Below are positions 9,259 through 18,838 of a stretch of DNA of 64,000 bases, in pieces (within the stretch, counting starts at the first letter, position 1; each line of letters begins with the position of its first letter). Source of the stretch: Parvibaculaceae bacterium. GTDB lineage: Bacteria; Pseudomonadota; Alphaproteobacteria; JAPOUT01. Below the pieces are notes generated by a model. It had not been told where the DNA came from. It did not search any database and worked only from the letters and a program-made list of their open reading frames with translations. The stretch is taken from assembly GCA_963457525.1 (NCBI GenBank), contig OY734805.1, positions 2,330,900-2,394,899 of the forward strand. Reading direction: 5' to 3'. The translations under genes and the position numbers were made by a program.

Positions 9259-10616
9259 TGCGTTACCTGCCTTTATGCGAGCGCGAGCGCGCCGAAATGT
9301 GCGCTCGCGTCGGCGTTGCTTCGGTAGAGGAGTTGTTCCACGACATCCCCGCCTCTGTCCGCCTGGATGCGAAAACGCAATTGCTGCCCGGCCATCTCGG
9401 AGAGATTGAAGTCGAGACGGCGATGCGCGGATTCGCGACGGAAAACCGCGCGGCCGGCGACGGCCCCTTCTTCATCGGTGCAGGCGCCTATCGCCATCAC
9501 GTTCCCGCAAGCGTTGACCATCTCGTTCAACGCTCTGAATTCATGACATCCTACACGCCCTACCAGGCCGAGATAGCCCAAGGCAATCTGCAGGCAATGT
9601 TTGAGTTCCAAAGCCTCGTTTCCCTTCTCACCGGCATGGATATTGCCAACAGTTCAATGTATGACGGTTCGACCGCATGCAGCGAGGCGGTGGCAATGGC
9701 GCACCGGATAACCGGACGCAAGAAAGCGGTGCTTGCCGGAGGCCTGCACCCGCATTACCGCGAAGTCGTCGAGACGATGAGCCGATTCGCCGGTAATGAA
9801 GTCCAAAGCCTCGAAACGAACTCGAAGGGCGTCGGCAGCGAGCACATTGACGACGAGACTTCCTGCGTCGTGGTGCAAACGCCGGATTTCTTCGGCAACC
9901 TTCATGATATCACCGCATTGGGAGAAGCGGCGCACAAGCACGGCGCATTGCTGGTTGCGGTCACAACGGAGGTTGTATCGCTTGGATTGCTGCGTTCGCC
10001 CGGATCCATGGGTGCGGATATTACCGCCGCCGAAGGACAGTCGCTCGGTAACGGTTTGAATTTCGGCGGTCCGTATGTCGGTCTGTTTGCGACCCGCGAG
10101 AAGCACTTGCGCAAGATGCCCGGCCGCCTTGTGGGCGAGACCACCGACGAGGATGGCCGCCGCGGATTTGTCCTGACCCTGTCGGCGCGGGAGCAGCACA
10201 TCCGCCGGCAGAACGCCACAAGCAATATATGCACAAACTCGAATTTGTGCGCGATGGCGTTTGCAATTCATCTTGCCTTGCTGGGAGAACAGGGCTTGCA
10301 GCGATTGGCGCGCATTAACCACGCGCGCGCCGTCCGTCTTGCGGACATGCTGGACAGCGTTGCGGGCGTGAAATTGGTGAACGAGAATTTCTTTAATGAA
10401 TTCACCATTGAGGTTGAAGGACGCGACGGCATTGATGTTATCGAATCCCTTGCCAGAGAGAATATCCTGGGAGGCGTTCCCGCGGCACGTTTTTATCCCG
10501 ACGACGAGTCCATGCGCTCGTTGATTGTTGTGGCCGCAACGGAGTTGTGCCGCGACGAAGACATGCAGAAATACCGCGATAGTTTGCAGAACCTGGTGAA
10601 AGGAAAAAGCTCATGA
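9258..10616 (+). CDS. gcvPA: Glycine dehydrogenase (decarboxylating) subunit 1
   Basis: MRYLPL...FMTSYTPYQAEIAQGNLQAMFEFQ signature. Stop overlaps the gcvPB start. Confidence 0.9.
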   Translation: MRYLPLCERERAEMCARVGVASVEELFHDIPASVRLDAKTQLLPGHLGEIEVETAMRGFATENRAAGDGPFFIGAGAYRHHVPASVDHLVQRSEFMTSYTPYQAEIAQGNLQAMFEFQSLVSLLTGMDIANSSMYDGSTACSEAVAMAHRITGRKKAVLAGGLHPHYREVVETMSRFAGNEVQSLETNSKGVGSEHIDDETSCVVVQTPDFFGNLHDITALGEAAHKHGALLVAVTTEVVSLGLLRSPGSMGADITAAEGQSLGNGLNFGGPYVGLFATREKHLRKMPGRLVGETTDEDGRRGFVLTLSAREQHIRRQNATSNICTNSNLCAMAFAIHLALLGEQGLQRLARINHARAVRLADMLDSVAGVKLVNENFFNEFTIEVEGRDGIDVIESLARENILGGVPAARFYPDDESMRSLIVVAATELCRDEDMQKYRDSLQNLVKGKSS

Positions 10617-12112
10617 GCGAAGAGATAAAACAAGCCCGCTCAACCGGACTTTATCTCGAGGAGCCTTTGCTGTTCGAGATTGACAGCGATGCCTGCGGCG
10701 TCGACATGGACGAGCCGGAGAAATTCACCCCCCGCCTCGGCAAACTGCAGCGCAAGGACGCGATTGGCCTGCCGGGACTGTCCGAGCCCCAGGTAATGCG
10801 CCATTACAGCCGGCTGGCACGGCAGAATTATTCGATCGATGACGGCATCTACCCCCTTGGTTCGTGCACAATGAAGCACAATCCGCGCCTAAATGAAAAG
10901 ATGGCGCGGCTGCCGGGTTTTGCCGACATCCATCCGCTGCAGCCCGTTTCGAGCGTTCCGGGCGCTTTGCGTCTTATGGAAGCCCTGAGCGAGAAGTTGC
11001 GCCTGTTGACGGGCATGCCCGCTATCGCGATGACGCCCCGTGCGGGCGCGCATGGCGAGCTGTGCGGGATGATGGCCATCCGCAGCGCGCTGGAAGCCCG
11101 TGGCGGCGAAGCCGCCGAACGCAAGCGCATATTGGCGCCGGAATCCGCGCATGGAACAAATCCGGCAACGGCCGCGATGCTGGGTTTTGAAGTTGATCCG
11201 GTTCGTGCAAATTCACAAGGCGAGATTGACATTGACGAGTTGCGCTCGAAAATGGACTCGTCCGTTGCCGCGATCATGATTACGAATCCGAATACATGCG
11301 GTTTGTTTGAAACGCAGATGATTGAGATCGCGGATGCGATTCACGATGTCGGCGGGTATCTTTATTGTGACGGCGCGAACTTCAACGCCATTCTCGGGCG
11401 CGTTCGCCCGGGAGATCTCGGTGTGGATGCGATGCACATCAACCTGCACAAGACCTTCTCGACGCCTCACGGCGGCGGCGGACCGGGCGCGGGACCCGTG
11501 GCCTTGTCGGAGCGATTGGCTCCGTTTGCGCCCTTGCCCTGCGTGCTGTCGACAAAGGACGGTCTGCACCTGATTGAAACGCAAGCGGATGCACAAGAGC
11601 ACGGCGCTTCGCCGTTTGGACGTCTGGGAGCGTTTCACGGGCAAATGGGGATGTTCACGCGTGCGCTGACATACATACTGAGCCACGGCGGGGACGGTTT
11701 GCGCCAAGCGAGCGGAGACGCGGTTTTGAACGCGAACTATGTGCGCGCTTGCTTGCAGGACGTCCTGGACGTTGCGTTTGACCGGATTTGCATGCACGAG
11801 GTTTTGTTCGGTGACGGGACTTTGCAGGCCGACGGTGTCTCCACCTTGGACTTTGCGAAGGCGATGATTGACCGCGGCGTTCATCCGATGACGATGTATT
11901 TTCCGCTGGTTGTCCCCGGCGCGATGCTGATTGAGCCGACCGAGAGCGAATCAAAGGCGAGCCTGGATTCGTTTATTTCGTTGATGCGCGAGTTGGCGCA
12001 GTCTTCCGCCGAAGACAAAAAAGCATTTGCAAAAGCTCCCTTGCACGCCCCGCGCAAACGACTCGACGAGACAAAAGCTGCGCGTAAACCCGTGTTGTCG
12101 TGGCGCAAGTGA
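10613..12112 (+). CDS. gcvPB: Glycine dehydrogenase (decarboxylating) subunit 2 (PLP-binding)
   Basis: GSCTMKHNP...HINLHKTFSTPHGGGGPGAGP motif. Confidence 0.9.
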   Translation: MSEEIKQARSTGLYLEEPLLFEIDSDACGVDMDEPEKFTPRLGKLQRKDAIGLPGLSEPQVMRHYSRLARQNYSIDDGIYPLGSCTMKHNPRLNEKMARLPGFADIHPLQPVSSVPGALRLMEALSEKLRLLTGMPAIAMTPRAGAHGELCGMMAIRSALEARGGEAAERKRILAPESAHGTNPATAAMLGFEVDPVRANSQGEIDIDELRSKMDSSVAAIMITNPNTCGLFETQMIEIADAIHDVGGYLYCDGANFNAILGRVRPGDLGVDAMHINLHKTFSTPHGGGGPGAGPVALSERLAPFAPLPCVLSTKDGLHLIETQADAQEHGASPFGRLGAFHGQMGMFTRALTYILSHGGDGLRQASGDAVLNANYVRACLQDVLDVAFDRICMHEVLFGDGTLQADGVSTLDFAKAMIDRGVHPMTMYFPLVVPGAMLIEPTESESKASLDSFISLMRELAQSSAEDKKAFAKAPLHAPRKRLDETKAARKPVLSWRK

Positions 12113-12197
12113 CCAAGAGACCCCCTGCACTTCACAAAACTTAGGTTCTACTGGCCCAAAATTAAGTGCAACGAACTTATGGCTACATTCGAGTTCT

Positions 12198-13295
12198 TTA
12201 TTTTTCAGAACTGTCTGATGAATTACGTTGCCTTGCAATGACGGCCAGTTTCTTTCGATAAGCAGAAATTGAGTGGTCCGCCACAAATCTGTTAACAGCA
12301 CATCTAGAACTTATCCATGAGTAAATGCGCTCAAATAGTGAAACTTGACGGGTGAGAAGTTTAACATCAGCGAAATTTCCGTCTTCGCAAGCGGTTAAAT
12401 ATCGCACGTCGCCATTGTGCCGATAGCCTTGAAACCTCTCCAGTTTGGTAACAATAAAAGAAATAAAAGGGCGGAGAAAAGGAATATATTCAGATACTTC
12501 CCGAAAAACGAATATGAAAATAGAAACAGTAGTTTTTCCGGGAGGAAGTATTGTCACACAATCATATGCGTTAACAATACGGTAAACGGGTGTTTTCGTT
12601 TTCTCAAACCATTCATCATTACCAACTCGCGGAGAACCAAAAGTGTAACATGTGGCAATCTTAATATATGCTTGCAAACGTTTAGCGGCAATTGTTGCCA
12701 AAGCACCTCCAAGGCTATGCCCCGTTACTATAAGAGGCTTGTTGTGGGTTTTGGAATTACTAAAGTATTCCAAATCTTTTTGGATTTGCTGCTCCACGAG
12801 ACCGAATGCTTCGGAGAATCCTGAATGAATATTTCCTCCGGAAGGGCATTTAGTGATGATGGCATTCACGTCTGCTTTGATATCTCGCAAACTAGTTGCT
12901 TCTGTTCCTCGAAACGCAAGCACAAGATAGTCTTGAGTTGAGACCAGTAACGCTTGGGTGCCTTCTTTATCATAAGTTTTAAGAATTTTAATATCGGCTA
13001 TTTTTAGGAAATGCTTTGCCGCTTCAGCGTCATCTTTTTCAAAAACAGATTGAACAACTTCATCAAGAGCTCCCATTGTTTTTTCATTTAATAATGTTTT
13101 TAGTTTTTCTTTGAGCTGTTGCTTTGTTACATCTTCATCAAGCCGACTAAAGGGCTGGTAAGCCAATTCCGATAGACAGGCCATAAGCCATGCGGTTCTA
13201 TCACTGTACGCCCGTCGATAGGTGGGAGTATTCTTGCTTTGTATGTAATTAAGAAGATCTTTCTCGTTATCTGTGAGTGGTAAAACTTTAGACAT
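12198..13295 (-). CDS. Lipase class 3 (fungal-lipase-like alpha/beta hydrolase) family protein, cytoplasmic, in an AT-rich islet
   Basis: YLVLAFRGTEA...IVTGHSLGGALATIAA (GHSLGG nucleophile elbow)...YTFGSPRVGN...VYRIVNAYDCVTILPP. Start set at the ATG preceded by GGGAGG (MSKVLPL). No signal peptide. Confidence 0.75.
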   Translation of the reverse strand: MSKVLPLTDNEKDLLNYIQSKNTPTYRRAYSDRTAWLMACLSELAYQPFSRLDEDVTKQQLKEKLKTLLNEKTMGALDEVVQSVFEKDDAEAAKHFLKIADIKILKTYDKEGTQALLVSTQDYLVLAFRGTEATSLRDIKADVNAIITKCPSGGNIHSGFSEAFGLVEQQIQKDLEYFSNSKTHNKPLIVTGHSLGGALATIAAKRLQAYIKIATCYTFGSPRVGNDEWFEKTKTPVYRIVNAYDCVTILPPGKTTVSIFIFVFREVSEYIPFLRPFISFIVTKLERFQGYRHNGDVRYLTACEDGNFADVKLLTRQVSLFERIYSWISSRCAVNRFVADHSISAYRKKLAVIARQRNSSDSSEK

Positions 13296-13824
13296 TGTTG
13301 CCTCCCAATTAATGCTGCACAAACAAAAACAATCTTGCTTATGTCAAATTATCAATTACGAAAGATTATACTCAAAGCTGTAAAACCTACAAAATTTCCC
13401 GCCGTTTATTCATACATCGATAAATTCACAATCTCGAAACGCTGCCTGATACCCCCTTTGAAAAGAGACTATTCCCGGAATTGACTCGGATGACCCATGC
13501 CGAATCAGATGTGAAAAAACGCCCCGGCAGATCGTCAGAAATGCCGGGGCGCCCTTTGGGTTGGTTTGCAGACACTGCAAGAAGGTCCCGGCTCCATCAG
13601 AAACTCAAGCTTTTTCCGGATAATCCGGGAACTTACAAGAGACTTTTGAGAGATTTTCTGCGGTATTTCATCGGTTTCGGGAAGTCTGAAAATCGCCGGA
13701 ATAAGGCGAAATTTTGCGAATCGCACCGAATCTTTATGGAAAAGCGGCAGAACCCGTGAATCCAACAGGCTGCGAGATCAAGGGGGCACAATGCCCGTCT
13801 CAATGCCGGAAGCCTTTCCCCTCC

Positions 13825-13844
13825 CCGCTACGTTCTCGTAGCGG
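13825..13844 (-). terminator. 8-bp stem hairpin (CCGCTACG/CGTAGCGG) 20 nt downstream of the permease stop, with no U-tract
   Basis: ccgctacgttctcgtagcgg, read directly. Confidence 0.3.
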
Positions 13845-13864
13845 CCTGTTGCGCTCCGGCATCC

Positions 13865-15493
13865 TTAGGCGCTGATGGTTCCTCCGGGACGGGAAAGCGC
13901 CAAAACGCGGGTGAGCAACAAAACGGGAATCAGACCGGCAAGCAGGATCGCCAGGGCCGCGGGCGCGCTTTCCTCGAAGAGACCCAGGGATGCGGACGTA
14001 TATGTGTAGGTTGCGAGGGTATCGAAGTCGTAGGGGCGCAGTATCAGTGTTGCGGGGAGTTCTTTCATGCAGTCAATGAAGACAAGGAGTGCGGCCGAGA
14101 GAACGGCGGGGCGGAGCAATATGAAGTGAACCCTTCGGAGGGTGCTCCATTCCCCGTGACCGAGGCATCGTGCCGCCATGTCCATGGAAGGCGTGATTTT
14201 GCTCAATCCCGCCTCAAGGGATCCGTAGGACAGGAACAGGAAACGCACGAGATATGCGAACACGACGGCCGCGGCGGAACCGGTGAAAAGCAGCCCGGTG
14301 GATACGCCGAAACTCGCGCGCGCAATGCTATCGAGGAAATTATCGAAGCCCGCGAGCGGCACGAGAATTCCCAGGCCGAGCACGGCGCCGGGTATCGCGT
14401 ATCCGATGCTGGCGATAAGCACGACCATACCGGTGATTCCCCCCGAACCGAGGATGCGCACGCCGTAAGCGAGGACGAGCCCCACGGCGAGCAGCAATAC
14501 CATTGCGGACAGGGTCAGGACCAGGCTGTTTGCACCGTAGACCAAAAGCTCGGGCTCCCAGCCCGTCTCAAACGCATGGAGCGCAAGCGTTGCGGCAGGC
14601 AGGATAAACCCGAGGAAGATGGGAGCGATGCATGCGAATATCGCAAGCGCCGCCTTCCATCCGTTGAGTTTATATCCGGGAAGTTGGCGGTATTTGGATG
14701 AGGTTTCATGGTAGCGCCGTGATTGTCGCGAGGTTCGCTCGAGGACTCCCAGAAATATCATGATGGCGAGCAGCACGCATGCAATTTGCGCGCCTCCGCC
14801 TAGATTGCCGCGTTCGAGCCAAATGTCGTATATGCCGACGGTCAGCGTTCGTATGCCGAAATGCTGCACGGCGCCGATGTCGTTGAGACACTCCATTGCG
14901 ACAAACAACACGCCGACCACAAGAGCGGGGCGCGCCATCGGCAGCGACACGCGCATGAAGGCCTCCGATGCACTGCACCCAAGCGTGCGCGCTACCTCGA
15001 AAACGCAAAAGGACTGCTGCAAGAACGCGGCCCGTGCGCTGAGAAACACATAAGGATAAAGCACGAAAGCGAGCACCAGCACGGCGCCGGGCATGGAACG
15101 GATTTGCGGCAGGTAGCTGGAGAATTCAAACAAGTCGACATAAACGTAAGCGACGATATATGTGGGAATCGCAAGCGGTATGAGCAGCGCCCATTGGAAG
15201 ATTTTGCGCCCCGGAAACGAACACATGGTGACAAGCCATGCGGTTCCGGTTCCAATTGCCAGGCAGAGCGTTCCGGTTGCGAAAACAAGAACGCCGCTTC
15301 GCCAGAGATATCCGGGCAGAACGGTTGCGGCGAGATGGGGCCAGATATCGTCGCTGCTCGTGAATGCGAATGTGACAACCGCGAATACAGGCGCGGCAAG
15401 CACAAACGCGATGGCAAGGACGGCGATATTCCAGCCCGCCGAGCCCTTCCTTCGTGCCTGAAGTTCGACGTTATCGATTGAAATCGACTTCAT
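13865..15493 (-). CDS. Fe(3+) ABC transporter permease (FbpB-like, duplicated two-domain permease, 542 aa)
   Basis: Highly hydrophobic 542-aa protein of two-fold permease architecture, immediately downstream of and overlapping the FbpA-like binding protein gene. Confidence 0.75.
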   Translation of the reverse strand: MKSISIDNVELQARRKGSAGWNIAVLAIAFVLAAPVFAVVTFAFTSSDDIWPHLAATVLPGYLWRSGVLVFATGTLCLAIGTGTAWLVTMCSFPGRKIFQWALLIPLAIPTYIVAYVYVDLFEFSSYLPQIRSMPGAVLVLAFVLYPYVFLSARAAFLQQSFCVFEVARTLGCSASEAFMRVSLPMARPALVVGVLFVAMECLNDIGAVQHFGIRTLTVGIYDIWLERGNLGGGAQIACVLLAIMIFLGVLERTSRQSRRYHETSSKYRQLPGYKLNGWKAALAIFACIAPIFLGFILPAATLALHAFETGWEPELLVYGANSLVLTLSAMVLLLAVGLVLAYGVRILGSGGITGMVVLIASIGYAIPGAVLGLGILVPLAGFDNFLDSIARASFGVSTGLLFTGSAAAVVFAYLVRFLFLSYGSLEAGLSKITPSMDMAARCLGHGEWSTLRRVHFILLRPAVLSAALLVFIDCMKELPATLILRPYDFDTLATYTYTSASLGLFEESAPAALAILLAGLIPVLLLTRVLALSRPGGTISA

Positions 15494-16505
15494 CTACAAG
15501 TCGACTTGCGGGCTTGCGGTTCTTGGCGATGGTCTCAAGGGCGATACCATCGGCTTCGAACGCACCCCAGGAGCGGGTTCGCAGCGACCACGGAACATCT
15601 TCGCCGACCGGATACTCGAAGTTGAGTTGCGCGTAAAGCTGCTGCGCCTTTTCCGAGGACAGGAATTCCATGAGTTTTTGCGCATTCTCCCGGTTGGGCG
15701 CGTGCTTCGCCATGACCATTCCGGAGAGGTTAACATGCGTCTCTCCGTTCTCAAAGGTCGGAAACAGGATGCGCACGGAGTCCGCCCATTCTTTTTGTTC
15801 CGGTTTTTCGTCGTTGGTCTGCATGACCCCGAGATAATATGTGTTTCCGATGGCGATATCGCACTCGCCGACGAAAACGGCCTTAACCTGCTCGCGGTCG
15901 TTTCCTACGGGCGAGCGTGCGAGATTGTCACGAACGCCTTCGAGCCACTTTTTTGTTTTTGCCCTGCCGTGGTGCTCAAGGAAGGCGGCGAAGAGCGCGA
16001 CATTGTAGGCATGCTGGCCGTCGCGAATACAGATGCGTCCCTTCCATTTCGGGTCGGCGAGATCTTCGTAAGAAATCTCGTTCTCGCGGACGCGATTTTT
16101 GGATGCGTAGACAACGCGCGCGCGCCGTGTCAGTCCGAACCAATGACCTTCGGGGTCCTGGTAGATTGCGGGAATATTTCCTTCGAGCACGGCTGAAATG
16201 ACCGGCTGCGTGATTCCCTGACGGACGGCTTGCGTGAGCCGTCCGATATCAACGGTGAGAATGACATCGGCGGGGGAGTTTCTGCCTTCAATCTCGACCC
16301 GTTCAAGCAGGCCTTTTTTAGCAAACAAAAAGTTGGTTTTGATTCCGGTTTCCGCGCTGAAGGCTTCGAGAAGCGGCTTGATGAGGAAGGGCTGCCGGTA
16401 GGAGTAGACGGTAACCTCATCGTTTTCCTGCGCGAAGGCGGGAGGGACGATAACGACGACGGACAAAAGGGAAAGGCATACGAGGAGTTTGGAGAAGATA
16501 TTCAT
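15471..16505 (-). CDS. Fe(3+) ABC transporter periplasmic substrate-binding protein (FbpA/AfuA-like; a ThiB-like alternative is less likely)
   Basis: Signal peptide MNIFSKLLVCLSLLSVVVIVPPAFA. The stretch NSPADVILTVDIGRLTQAVRQGITQPV resembles the FbpA NSPADVLLTVDAG..L...AGL.QPV region. Start set at the ATG at 16505. Confidence 0.7.
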   Translation of the reverse strand: MNIFSKLLVCLSLLSVVVIVPPAFAQENDEVTVYSYRQPFLIKPLLEAFSAETGIKTNFLFAKKGLLERVEIEGRNSPADVILTVDIGRLTQAVRQGITQPVISAVLEGNIPAIYQDPEGHWFGLTRRARVVYASKNRVRENEISYEDLADPKWKGRICIRDGQHAYNVALFAAFLEHHGRAKTKKWLEGVRDNLARSPVGNDREQVKAVFVGECDIAIGNTYYLGVMQTNDEKPEQKEWADSVRILFPTFENGETHVNLSGMVMAKHAPNRENAQKLMEFLSSEKAQQLYAQLNFEYPVGEDVPWSLRTRSWGAFEADGIALETIAKNRKPASRLVDEVDFNR

Positions 16506-16581
16506 ATTTTTTCCTTTCAGAAAAGAATAATTCGTCTCCCTCGGCATAAATTGTTTAGCGTATTTTACTTTTAAGCGCAAC

Positions 16582-17550
16582 CTATTTTTTCTGGCGGTAA
16601 TATCGCTCTATTCGCGCCTGTATGATCTCGAGAACGATGGTGAGCGCCCAGTAGATGAGCGCGGCCGTAATAAGCATCTCGAGATGCTTGAATTCTTTTT
16701 GCCCAAGCGTTTTCGCGAGGAACATGAGCTCCCACACGCCGATCACGGAAACGAGGGAGCTGTCTTTGAGCATGGCAATGAATTGGTTCCCGGTCGGCGG
16801 AATGATGAGGGGAAGAGCCTGGGGAAGAATGATTTTGCGCATGATCGTGGGAAACTTGAACCCGAGGGCCCGCGCGGCTTCCCACTGGCCCTTGTGAATG
16901 CTCTCGATGCCGGCGCGGAAGATTTCGGTCATGTATGCGCCGTAGCAAAGTGACAGAGCGAGGATGCCGGCAGGCACGGCGTCCACGACATAGCCGAGTT
17001 GCGGAAGCCCCAGGTAAATGAGATAGACCTGCATGAGCAGGGGCAGCCCCCGGAAGAAGGACGTGTAGAAAGACGCTATGGCGAAAGCAAACCCGTTGGA
17101 AGAAAGCTTGGCAACCGCGCCGACGATGGCTATCGCCGAAGCTATGGCGATCGACACCGCGGAGACATAGAGGGTTGTGAACAGCCCTCTTGATATCATG
17201 AACCATATCTTTCGCTCGATGAATTCAATGCTGAGATCGAAGGAGTAGAAGAAGAGGAGAAAAAGCCCGAGCAGTTCGAGCCAGACAAGCACCACCTGTA
17301 TAACCCAGGGAACGAAGGAGAGCGCGACGACGTTTGCGGTAAACAGCATCGCCAGGGTTACGGCAACGGCAAAATCGCCGAAGCGTCCGCTTGTTTCGGG
17401 ATCCCCCGAGACGGGGGCGAGAAGATGTCCGAAGAAACTATCGCCGAACCCGGCAAAAAAGAAAACGACGGACGAGAGAAAAAAGCAAGGAAGGAGAAAG
17501 CCGGGTTTTGTTACCAGCCTGTCTTGTGTGACGGTATCAGCGTACACCAA
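16582..17550 (-). CDS. Polar amino-acid ABC transporter permease (HisM/GlnP family) with extra N-terminal TM helices
   Basis: GLPLLMQVYLIYLGLPQLG and EAARALGF signature of PAAT permeases. Confidence 0.75.
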   Translation of the reverse strand: MVYADTVTQDRLVTKPGFLLPCFFLSSVVFFFAGFGDSFFGHLLAPVSGDPETSGRFGDFAVAVTLAMLFTANVVALSFVPWVIQVVLVWLELLGLFLLFFYSFDLSIEFIERKIWFMISRGLFTTLYVSAVSIAIASAIAIVGAVAKLSSNGFAFAIASFYTSFFRGLPLLMQVYLIYLGLPQLGYVVDAVPAGILALSLCYGAYMTEIFRAGIESIHKGQWEAARALGFKFPTIMRKIILPQALPLIIPPTGNQFIAMLKDSSLVSVIGVWELMFLAKTLGQKEFKHLEMLITAALIYWALTIVLEIIQARIERYYRQKK

Positions 17551-17583
17551 CTCTCCCCTATGAGTGCTTTCGTGTGCGCCCTC

Positions 17584-18414
17584 CTAGTTGGAAGACTTGG
17601 AATAATCGATCCCGTACCATTTCTCGGAAAGTCGACTGAGCGTTCCGTCCCTGTGCATGAGCTGGACGATGTCCTTCAGGGCATGGTGGAATTCCTTGTC
17701 TCCCCTGTCGATGGCAATGGCAAGGGGCTCGTAGAAAGCGGGAGTTCCAAGCACGCGGATGGGCGCACCGTTTTCGATGGCCGAGCGTATGGCCGGAAGC
17801 GAATCAATCATCCCGTCCAGGCGCACGCCGTCTCCAAGCCTCAAATTGTCAAAGAGAATGGCGGGGTCCTCCATCGAAACAATCTCGCCCGGGGTTACAT
17901 CATACGAGAACGGAGGCGCGCCTTCCGCATCAATGTTCAGGTCGTGCTGAAGATAAAACTCGTAAGTGCAAGCGGTGCAGGCGCCAATCTTCTTGCCGTT
18001 CAAATCGACTTTGCTCTGGGCGGATGAATCGTTATGCACGGCGAAACTCGCGGGAGTGTAATAGTAGATGCCCGGAAACTCGAGAACCTGGGCGCGTTCG
18101 GCGGTCGGGGTCATGGACCCGACGGAGATGTCCCAACGACCCGCCCAATTGCCGGAAGTGATGACGGTCCAATCCGGAGTGACAAATTCGATTTCGATTC
18201 CCATGCGTTTCGCGATTTCTTTGGCAACATCGACGTCGAACCCGTCCATTTCGTTGTCGTCATTGAGGAAAGACTGGGGAGCCCAGTCGGCATCGGTGGC
18301 GACCTTCAGGACGCCCGCCTCCTTGACGCGGTCAAGGGTGTCGCCGGCGAGAGCGAAATTCGCACCCGTCAGGACAAGGGCAACAGAGAACAGAATGTGT
18401 TGGATAATTTTCAT
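17584..18414 (-). CDS. Amino-acid ABC transporter periplasmic substrate-binding protein (family 3)
   Basis: Signal peptide followed by LKVATDADWAPQSF...GFDVDVAKEIAKRMG. Confidence 0.8.
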   Translation of the reverse strand: MKIIQHILFSVALVLTGANFALAGDTLDRVKEAGVLKVATDADWAPQSFLNDDNEMDGFDVDVAKEIAKRMGIEIEFVTPDWTVITSGNWAGRWDISVGSMTPTAERAQVLEFPGIYYYTPASFAVHNDSSAQSKVDLNGKKIGACTACTYEFYLQHDLNIDAEGAPPFSYDVTPGEIVSMEDPAILFDNLRLGDGVRLDGMIDSLPAIRSAIENGAPIRVLGTPAFYEPLAIAIDRGDKEFHHALKDIVQLMHRDGTLSRLSEKWYGIDYSKSSN

Positions 18415-18838
18415 GGTTCTACCTTCTTTACGGTTCTGAAATTAAGGGGCACGACAAATTAGCACGAACGAAAGTTGAGAGCCAGAAGATTCTGCCGACG
18501 GCTCGGGAGGCGGCGGATTTCCGCAATGCTTTTATGTGAAGCAACCGCGAATTAAGCCCCAAAATGCGGGAAATTCACGAAAACTTCCCCCGGAAATCAC
18601 GCGGGAAAGCCCCCAACGCGCCCCCGGGCGGGACGCGGATTTCGGGGCTCGGCGCTTGTGGGGGCGGAGGCCTCGGGGGGCACGCGGAAACGAAGGCAAA
18701 TACGGGCTTCCCGTCGGCCCAATCGCTCGCCTTGCAAGCACCGGGGATATTTTCCCTGCCCTGTATTTTCCTCTTGATAGCCCGGCAAAACTGGTATAGG
18801 GTGGAGCCTTCTTTATCGTCAATGTCAAAGGAACAAGT

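Noticed and set aside
12417-12824. 135-aa plus-strand ORF inside the lipase gene
   Set aside because: Antisense to the lipase_3 core region, with a Asn/Lys/Phe-rich nonsense composition from AT-rich DNA.
13481-13765. 92-aa (+) and 76-aa (-) ORFs in the 570-bp spacer between the lipase and fbpB genes
   Set aside because: Mutually overlapping, with no SD or recognisable motif. More likely non-coding. Kept as part of the spacer observation instead.
16506-16581. Possible TPP (THI-box) riboswitch upstream of the ThiB/FbpA-like binding protein gene
   Set aside because: The intergenic region is only 76 bp, and the binding protein looks FbpA-like (NSPADV...TVD..L...QPV) rather than ThiB-like.
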